Below are positions 12,693-20,000 of a DNA stretch of 20,000 bases, piece by piece. Below the pieces are notes generated by a model that was not told the origin of the DNA, did not search any database, and was given only the letters and a program-made list of their open reading frames with translations. Made by a program: the position numbers and the translations under genes. Positions within the stretch are counted from its first letter, which is position 1. Each line of letters opens with the position of its first letter. The stretch covers positions 1,743,790-1,763,789 of the forward strand of contig NW_008246068.1 in assembly GCF_000281045.1 (NCBI RefSeq), read 5' to 3'. This stretch comes from Saprolegnia diclina VS20 (Eukaryota).

Positions 12693-13204
12693 CTATTAAC
12701 TGATGGTCTTGTGTGTGTGGAGGTGGATCGAGGCTGTCACGGTGGTCTGCTGTTCTGCGCAGGACGCTGGAGTCGGTGGTGCAGTCGTAGATAGCTACTA
12801 GCCGACGCCAGGGCCGAGGAGCAGTCGAACTCTGGTGTGTAGACTTGGTTCTTATCACGGTCCCACTCCCAGTATCAACCTCCTGCCAGCACATGGTATC
12901 GAGTCTGGTGGCAATTAGTATCAAGTCCTTTTACGGATACGGTTTTATGCAGTGAGCGCCACACGGCCATGCAGCGCCGTGTCCAACGCTGCGTCGCGCC
13001 ACTGCCATCAAGTATCCTCTTCCGCAACTTCCATCAAGAGACATCAACCTCTCGACCAACAAGTCTCCCTAAGTTCTTAGTCCCTTCTATCACCACCGGT
13101 CCCTTCTCTCGTGCTTTTAGTTAGTCGCCTTCAATCCAACAACAACAATCAACTGGCAGGTACGTCACCATCACTCGCGCGTGTGGCAAGTCGAATCAAC
13201 CGGC

Positions 13205-13350
13205 GGAATCTTCCAGAATCCGGATACGCGGAATCTAGAAGCTTGCGTTCGATTGGCTAAAATTCGGCGGTGCCGTGTGATTGGCCATTTTATCGACCTT
13301 TCTAGAAGCTCGCCCGACCTCCGCTACCCGAGCTCACTTTTGGATTTGCC
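13205..13350 (+). promoter_or_regulatory. HSP90 promoter: heat-shock elements, CCAAT boxes, Inr/FPR-like core
   Basis: Perfect 3-unit HSE gGAAt-cTTCc-aGAAt at 13205-13219; partial HSEs near 13233-13246 and TTCtaGAA at 13300-13307; GATTGGC at 13251 and 13279; GCTCACTTTTGGATTTG at 13332. Confidence 0.75.
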
Positions 13351-13375
13351 TTCTCAAGACAACAGCAAGACCACC

Positions 13376-14387
13376 ATGGCGGACTCGTCGGAAACGTTTG
13401 CCTTCTCGGCCGACATCAACCAGCTCCTCTCGCTCATCATCAACACGTTCTACTCGAACAAGGACGTGTTCCTCCGCGAACTCATCTCGAACGCGTCGGA
13501 TGCGCTCGACAAGATCCGCTACCAGTCGCTCACGGACGCGTCGGTGCTCGACTCGGACAAGGACCTCGAGATCAAGGTGATCCCGGACAAGGCCAACGGC
13601 ACGCTCACGCTCCAGGACTCGGGTCTCGGCATGACCAAGGCCGACCTCGTCAACAACCTCGGCACGATCGCCAAGTCGGGCACGAAGGCCTTCATGGAGG
13701 CCCTCCAGGCCGGCGCCGATATCTCGATGATCGGTCAGTTCGGTGTCGGTTTCTACTCGGCCTACCTCGTCGCCGACCGCGTCACCGTGCACTCGAAGCA
13801 CAACGACGACGAGCAGCACGTGTGGGAGTCGGCCGCCGGCGGCTCGTTCACGGTCACGCGCGACTTGACCTCGGAGCCCATCCAGCGCGGTACGCGCATC
13901 GTGCTCAAGCTCAAGGAGGACATGCTCGAGTACCTCGAGGAGCGCAAGCTCAAGGACCTCGTCAAGAAGCACTCTGAGTTCATTGGCTTCCCGATCCGCC
14001 TCTACGTCGAGAAGACGACGGAGAAGGAGGTCACGGACGACGAGGACGAGGAAGAAGAGGAGAAGGACGGCGACGACAAGCCCAAGATCGAAGAAGTCAC
14101 GGACGACGACGACAAGAAGAAGAAGACCAAGAAGATCAAGGAAGTGTCGCACGAGTGGGACCACCTCAACGCGCAGAAGCCCATCTGGATGCGCAAGCCC
14201 GAGGATGTGACGCACGAGGAGTATGCTGCCTTCTACAAGTCGCTCACGAACGACTGGGAGGAGCATGCGTCGGTCAAGCACTTCTCGGTCGAGGGCCAGC
14301 TCGAGTTCAAGGCGTGCCTCTTCACGCCCAAGCGCGCGCCGTTCGACATGTTCGAGGGTGGTGCCAAGAAGAAGCTCAACAACATCA

Positions 14388-14419
<32 letters not shown>

Positions 14420-15493
14420 AACTGCGAGGACCTCATGCCCGAGTACCTCTCGTTCGTCAAGGGTGTGGTCGACTCGGAAGACTTGCCGCTTAACATCTCG
14501 CGTGAGACGCTCCAGCAGAACAAGATCCTCCGCGTTATCAAGAAGAACCTCGTCAAGAAGTGCTTGGACATGTTCAACGAGCTCGCCGAAGACGCCGAGA
14601 AGTACAAGAAGTTCTACGAGGCCTTCTCGAAGAACCTCAAGCTCGGCATCCACGAAGACTCGACCAACCGCACCAAGATTGCCAAGCTCTTGCGCTACCA
14701 CTCGACCAAGTCGGGCGAGGACCTCACGTCGCTCGACGACTACATCTCGCGCATGCCCGAGAACCAGCCCGGCATTTACTACGTGACGGGCGAGTCGAAG
14801 AAGTCGGTCGAGAACTCGCCGTTCATTGAGAAGCTCAAGAAGAAGGGCTATGAAGTCCTCTTCATGGTCGACCCCATCGACGAGTACGCTGTCCAGCAGC
14901 TCAAGGACTACGAGGGCAAGAAGCTCATCTGCGCCACGAAGGAAGGCCTCGACATGTCCGAGTCAGAGGATGAGAAGAAGTCGTTCGAGGAGGCCAAGGC
15001 CGCCACGGAGGGCCTCTGCAAGCTCATGAAGGAAGTGCTTGACGAGAAGGTCGAGAAGGTCCAGATCTCGAACCGCATTGTCGAGTCGCCTTGCGTGCTC
15101 GTCACGGGCGAGTACGGCTGGTCGGCCAACATGGAGCGCATCATGAAGGCGCAGGCCCTCCGCGACTCGTCGACCTCGTCGTACATGTCGTCGAAGAAGA
15201 CGATGGAGATCAACCCGTTGCACCCGATCATCAAGTCGCTCCGCGAGAAGGCTGATGTTGACAAGAGCGACAAGACGGTCAAGGACCTCATCTGGCTCCT
15301 CTACGATACGTCGCTCCTCACCTCGGGCTTCTCGCTCGACGAGCCCACGACGTTTGCCAACCGCATCCACCGCCTCATCAAGCTCGGCCTCAGCATCGAC
15401 GACGATGACGTTGTCGACGAGAACCTCGATGACCTCCCGCCGCTCGAGGGCGACGATGGCATGGAGGAGTCGACGATGGAGGAAGTCGACTAA
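13376..15493 (+). CDS. HSP90: Cytosolic heat shock protein 90 (705 aa, intronless)
   Basis: Starts [17 protein letters not shown]; signatures [73 protein letters not shown]; ends MEEVD. Confidence 0.99.
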
Positions 15494-15570
15494 ATGTCTT
15501 CTCGCACATAACTTGTAATGCCAACTGCATGAACATCTTCGTACATTTATCTACGTTGCTCAGTTGAGAA

Positions 15571-18340
15571 TCAAAAGGTCTTTTCGTGCCCCGGGGCACA
15601 AAGGACAATGCAGTCGGTGCCGTGGAGCTCCTTGAAGTTGACCATGAGCCGCGGGTTGGTCGGGTCGAGCAAGCGCGCCTTTTGGATGTCGGCGGCGGCC
15701 TCGGCGTGTCGCCCGAGCGCCTTGTATGCGAAGCCGCGCCGGAAGGCCGCGTGGGCGTTGGTCGGATTCCGCTTGAGGACGTGCGAGAAGTCGTCGATGG
15801 CCTCTTCGTAGTAGCGCTCGAGCTGCAGCGCCTTGCCGCGTTCGTGGAAGTAGACGAGCTGCTCGTCTTGCGCCTAGTTGATAGTCTCTCGATACATTGA
15901 TACGATTGCAGTGTCTGTGGATACCGTCGCAATCGCGTCGGTGAAGCTCTCGATCGCGTCCATGCAGCGCTCGATCGACGCGTACGCGAGGCCAATGTAA
16001 TAGTGACTAAAAGTATCAAGATTGTATCAAGAGTATCCAGAGACGAGCCAGGCGGACATTTCCGAGAGGTACGAGATGCTGGGGGCGTGCGCCAGCGCCG
16101 ATCGCAGCTGCACGATGGCCTCGGGGAACTGAAGCCGGTGGAAGAGGACCATGCCGGCGTGGAAGAGAAGCCGCGGGTCCGTCGGCGCGAGCTTGAGCCC
16201 GACAACCAGGTCCAGATGGGCCTTCTGGTACTCGCAGCACTCGAGGTAGCAGATCGCGCGGTGCAGCCGGAAGCTCGGTTCGCGCTTGTTGAGCTCGACG
16301 CAGCTCTGTTCCGCCATCGCTCCCTTGAACGACGTTCGAGAAGAAGAAGGGCTCGTACCGAGAGGTCGGCGATCGCGAGCTCGTACAGCCCAAGCCCACG
16401 GTGGGCGAGTCCCCGTGCATTGTATATGCCTGGGCCGGACGCGCCAAAGGTCAGCGCCAGCGAGAGGTCGGCGACCGCCGCGTCGAAGTGACTCAGCCGT
16501 AAATGGCTCTCGCCGCGGTGGTAGACGTGGAGTGCGTCGGGCGATGGCGCGACCGCTATCGCACTCGAGTAGTCCTACAGACCACGTCTCGCTGACTACT
16601 CTTAGTTATGATACAGTAGTAAAGCGCACCTCGATCGCGAGCTCGTGCAGTCCAATGTCTTGAAACAAGAGCGCGCGGGCGGCAAGAAAGGCCGGCTCCG
16701 TCGGCAGGTCGTGGATGGCCGCTGTGAACGTTGCGACCGCGGCCTCGTGCTGGTGGTTTTCGTGCTGCAGTAGGCCAATGTGGTACTTGGAGGCCACCTA
16801 CGAATCGCAGACAGGATATTTTCACAAAAACTCGATCCAAAAAGCAAAATTTGTACGTGCGCCGGGTCAAGCTGCAGCGCCATGTCGAGAAAGTGCTGCG
16901 TCTGCTGCGGGTGCCGCTTGAGATGCATGACCATGGCTTTCCCAAAGAGATACCGCGGCGACTCGGGCACGATACTGCACGCCATGTCCATGTCGGCCAG
17001 CGCCGCTTCCAGCTGCTCGAATATGCTCATCGCACCGGTGGTCGTCGCTGGCGCCTCAGCCGTCGTGCTGTTGCTGCTGGTTTTGGGTCCATTTCTAGCT
17101 CAAATGTGAGCGTGGACGATCCTATGTGGGTGGCATTTGCTACCGGTCCTCGGACGACTCGAGCTCGGAGCGCAGAAGGAGATCGTGGGCGAGCTGGTTG
17201 GCGGTCTCTTGCGCCGAAATCTCTTCAAGGCCGACCGCGATGCGCGTGAGACCGCGGTTGTAGTAGGCCTGGGCGTCCTTGCCGTCGAGTTTGATGGCCA
17301 AATGAAAGTCCGAGAGCGCCATGCGATAGTACTCGTGCCCCTACTCCCAGTTAGTTTAGCATTTTTTCCTAGTCGTTTTCATATATATACCTTTTCAAAA
17401 TACGCTTGACCGCGGTTGTTGTAGTACGCCGGGTTGGAATCCAGGAGCGCGATCGCGGTCGAAAAGTGCTTGATCGCACTTTCCAAGTCGTGGTACTATG
17501 GTGGTAGAATGGACTTGTCTCGTCCATACATGAAGGAATGATCTACCTCCATGTAGCACTGCGCGAGCGAGTTGTAGACCGTCGAGTTGCGCGGCTCGAG
17601 CTTGATCGCTTGCATCATATCGTCCACGCACTTGTCTGCATCGTTATAGACAATCTCTCCACACGTCTATGACTAGATACCAAAGAGCCCGAGCCGGCGG
17701 TAGCAGTTGCCGCGGCTATGGAGCGCGCGAAACTCGGTGCGAGGTCCGCCCGACGCATCGTCGAGGGCTTTGGTAAAGTCGCAGATTGCGAGCTCGTAGT
17801 GGTTGATGTCGTAGAGGACGAGCGCGCGGTTGAAGTAGTGGGTTCCCTAATCAACACGTCCGCCTACGAAAACACAAATGCGTTCATCGTACCCGCTTGG
17901 TATCGTACTCGATCGCGAGCGTAAAGTCTTCGAGCGCATCGGCGGCCCGTCCGAGCTACGCTCAGTTCTTAGAGTACTAGAGGAATCCAAGGAAGAACCT
18001 TGCGAAAGCACGTGCCTCGGCTCGCATAGTACGTCGGACACTTGTCGTCGAGCGAAATCGCCATGTCAAAGTCGGCGATCGCGGCCTCAAACTCGTTGAT
18101 GGCGCGGAAGCTGTTGCCGCGCGCAAGGAAATACCGGGCGTGACCTGGTCGGACGGCGATCGCCATCGAGATGAGCTCAATCGCCTTGACATGGTCCTCG
18201 GCCCCCGTCGCGCTGTGCGCAATCTCAACGCCCTAGACGATGTATCTATCCAACTATCCACATAGATAGATGGTCATCACCTTTTGGTAAAAGTCGATGG
18301 CTTGGTGCTCGGTCGTCTTCTTCTCCTGGTTCTGCTCCAT
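15571..18340 (-). CDS. Multi-TPR protein (about 717 aa, 13 exons)
   Basis: Exons 18340-18281, 18232-17999, 17955-17893, 17846-17681, 17635-17547, 17495-17391, 17340-17144, 17094-16857, 16797-16630, 16574-16359, 16305-16073, 16006-15925, 15873-15571 join in frame. Many TPR units, e.g. RYFLARGNSFRAINEFEAAIADFDMAISLDD, AYYNNRGQAY, HAAFRRGFAYKALGRHAEAAADIQKARLLDP. The start codon may be further upstream (AG acceptor-like site at 18357). Confidence 0.85.
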
Positions 18341-18675
18341 GCGAATGTCGTCGTAGCTAAATATGCGATGAAACGATCGCAGTCCTTCGTGTTGACGCCA
18401 TTTTCTAGTTCATTCGAGTAGTAACTACCTTGGACCAAGATCTTAGCGCCACTCGATGCATCCTGTAGTACTGTAGTATGTAGAGCTCTGGATGACATTT
18501 GATTTATAAATGCGTTAAACTTTGCGTGTTTAACGTCATCCCAGTGATTGAGATCGCAATGGCCTTTGCAAAGAGTATCAGTATGCTGGCGCAATGCTGA
18601 AGCAGGAGCCGTGACCGCACCGCATGGTAATAGTAATAGATAGCCCAATTTGGTCTCAAGCAGTCTCAAAGGAGT

Positions 18676-19108
18676 ATCGAAGGGGCCGCGTTCGTGCTCG
18701 GTGGCGCCCTCCGCCCCATCTCAATTTTCAACGGCTATGCGATCACCGACATCAAGATGCGCGTGTCGCACTGCAGCCAGTGCGCAGAGTTTGTCCGCTT
18801 CCTTCGCTCCGACACGCAGTTGGAGATGGAGGAAGAGGACCAACTCTGTCCCGAGACCCAACGCGCATTCACCCGGAACAAGCGCCGGCTCGAACTCGAT
18901 ACGCATTTTGACAGCGAGATGCACCAGTTTCTCTTGATGGAGCGGCTCGACATGGTGTCATCAAAGACGTCGGCCGAGACCGCTCAACGCGCGTTCCTTC
19001 AATACCGGGACAAGGAGTGTGTCTCTGAATGCGCTGCTCACCGAGGTAGCAGCACAAGCCACGACCAAGAAACTGACGGCGCCTGCGAAATGCAAGCCCC
19101 GGCGCTAG
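18676..19108 (+). pseudogene. 5'-truncated, frameshifted paralog fragment of the adjacent minus-strand gene
   Basis: AAFVLGGALRPISIFNGYAITDIKMRVSHCSQCAEFVRFLR aligns with AAFVGGGALAPLPDFNGYAITDIALDESHCDPCADVGRFFR. In-frame TAG at 18637 with no ATG before the homologous part. After YRDKECV the homology (LNALLTEVA vs LTALLAELA) continues in a shifted frame. Confidence 0.7.
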
Positions 19109-19258
19109 GGCGTGCCCAAGTACATCGCTGCATGCTTGTGTTAATATCCCTTTAGCGGTCTATGACGTATATACACGTTAATCTAAGCATACATACACCT
19201 TGTATACTAAAGTACTTGCGAGATGAACTCTGACGTGACTCAGCCATTTCAGTGAGCG

Positions 19259-20000
19259 TTAGCATGCGACTGGGGGTCGGGACTCGTGGGACGACACTGG
19301 AGCTTGTTCATTGGGTTGCTTGCCCGGTGGTTTTGGCGCCAGTTCTGCAAGCAGCGCCGTGAGCTGGCGGACACATCGTGCGTCCTGGCGATACCTCGCC
19401 TCGCGGTACGCATGCTCTGCTGCCGCTTCCGCTGATCGCATGCCAGGCCACGTTCGCTTGTGTAGCTCCACTTTAAACTGTGTGGTCTCGAGCACGAGGC
19501 GTTCCGGGTTGCGCGCCACGACAGCCTCGACTTCATCGCAGAGATTGTTCGGGCTGGAAGGGCTCCACTTCACCTCGACCGTCATCGTCGTACAGTTGCC
19601 GGTGCGAAAGAAGCGGCCAACGTCAGCACACGGGTCGCAGTGCGACTCGTCCAGCGCAATGTCGGTGATGGCGTAGCCGTTGAAGTCTGGCAGCGGGGCG
19701 AGCGCGCCACCACCGACGAAAGCTGCCTTGCACTCGGTCGCCAAGTACACTAGCAAGTCTTGGACGCGCGCGTCCGATGCCCGGAGTTGCAGATGCTCGA
19801 CCAAGGGGAAGAAGGTGTGACGAACGCCGTCGAGTGTCTGCGGTATCGACGCGCGCCACATCGTTGCAAGCAGCATCGCCACTCGGGGCGCCACGATCGC
19901 GAGAGCAGTAAGGACGTCGGCAAAGGATACAAGCATTGGCTCCAAATCTTCAACGTCGCGCACATTGGTGAGGAGTTTTCTGGCGAGCGCGAAGAGGAAA
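19259..20000 (-). CDS. 3' part of a hypothetical protein resembling the C-terminal CxxC region of large 2OG-Fe(II) oxygenase-family proteins; 5' end outside the window
   Basis: Frame is open from the window edge (FLFALARKLLTNVRDVED...) to the stop at 19259. HCDPCADVGRFF...VELHK...YRQDARCVRQL recalls, from memory, the CxCxDCxxLxxFL...K...Y tail of that family. No catalytic domain is visible here. Confidence 0.6.
   Translation of the reverse strand, partial: FLFALARKLLTNVRDVEDLEPMLVSFADVLTALAIVAPRVAMLLATMWRASIPQTLDGVRHTFFPLVEHLQLRASDARVQDLLVYLATECKAAFVGGGALAPLPDFNGYAITDIALDESHCDPCADVGRFFRTGNCTTMTVEVKWSPSSPNNLCDEVEAVVARNPERLVLETTQFKVELHKRTWPGMRSAEAAAEHAYREARYRQDARCVRQLTALLAELAPKPPGKQPNEQAPVSSHESRPPVAC

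Noticed and set aside
12700..13150. Intergenic stretch of different composition considered as a transposon remnant
   Set aside because: No terminal repeats, target-site duplication or transposase/RT motifs seen.
13181..13375. 65-aa N-terminal extension of HSP90 in the ORF track
   Set aside because: Begins at GTG and spans the promoter elements; homology starts at ATG 13376.
13334..14701. 455-aa antisense ORF opposite HSP90, and many other long overlapping ORFs in the track
   Set aside because: Shadow ORFs caused by strong GC3 codon bias on the coding strand; no recognisable motifs.
18277..18669. 130-aa minus-strand ORF upstream of the TPR gene
   Set aside because: AT-rich, out of frame with TPR exon 1 and without motifs; at most a 5' UTR or unresolved small exon.

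Overview
Gene-dense eukaryotic DNA with high GC at third codon positions and very short introns (mostly 42-54 nt), most consistent with an oomycete of the Saprolegniales (inference). I spliced the genes by hand from GT/GC-AG sites and reading-frame continuity. In order: (1) a minus-strand CPSF30/CPSF4-like gene that joins three CPSF30-type CCCH fingers, a TIS11-type CCCH finger, a YTH-like domain, a DCD domain and a KH domain in one frame, with its 3' end running into a 148-N gap; (2-3) two tandem double-hotdog acyl-CoA thioesterases; (4) MCM8 with a probable GC-AG intron; (5-6) two tandem intronless ankyrin-repeat genes, the first apparently frameshifted; (7) intronless cytosolic HSP90 with heat-shock elements; (8) a convergent 13-exon TPR gene; (9-10) a truncated, frameshifted copy facing the 3' end of its paralog, which resembles the C-terminus of large 2OG-Fe(II) oxygenase-family proteins. 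The most interesting item is the multi-domain CPSF30 protein with two candidate modified-base reader domains.
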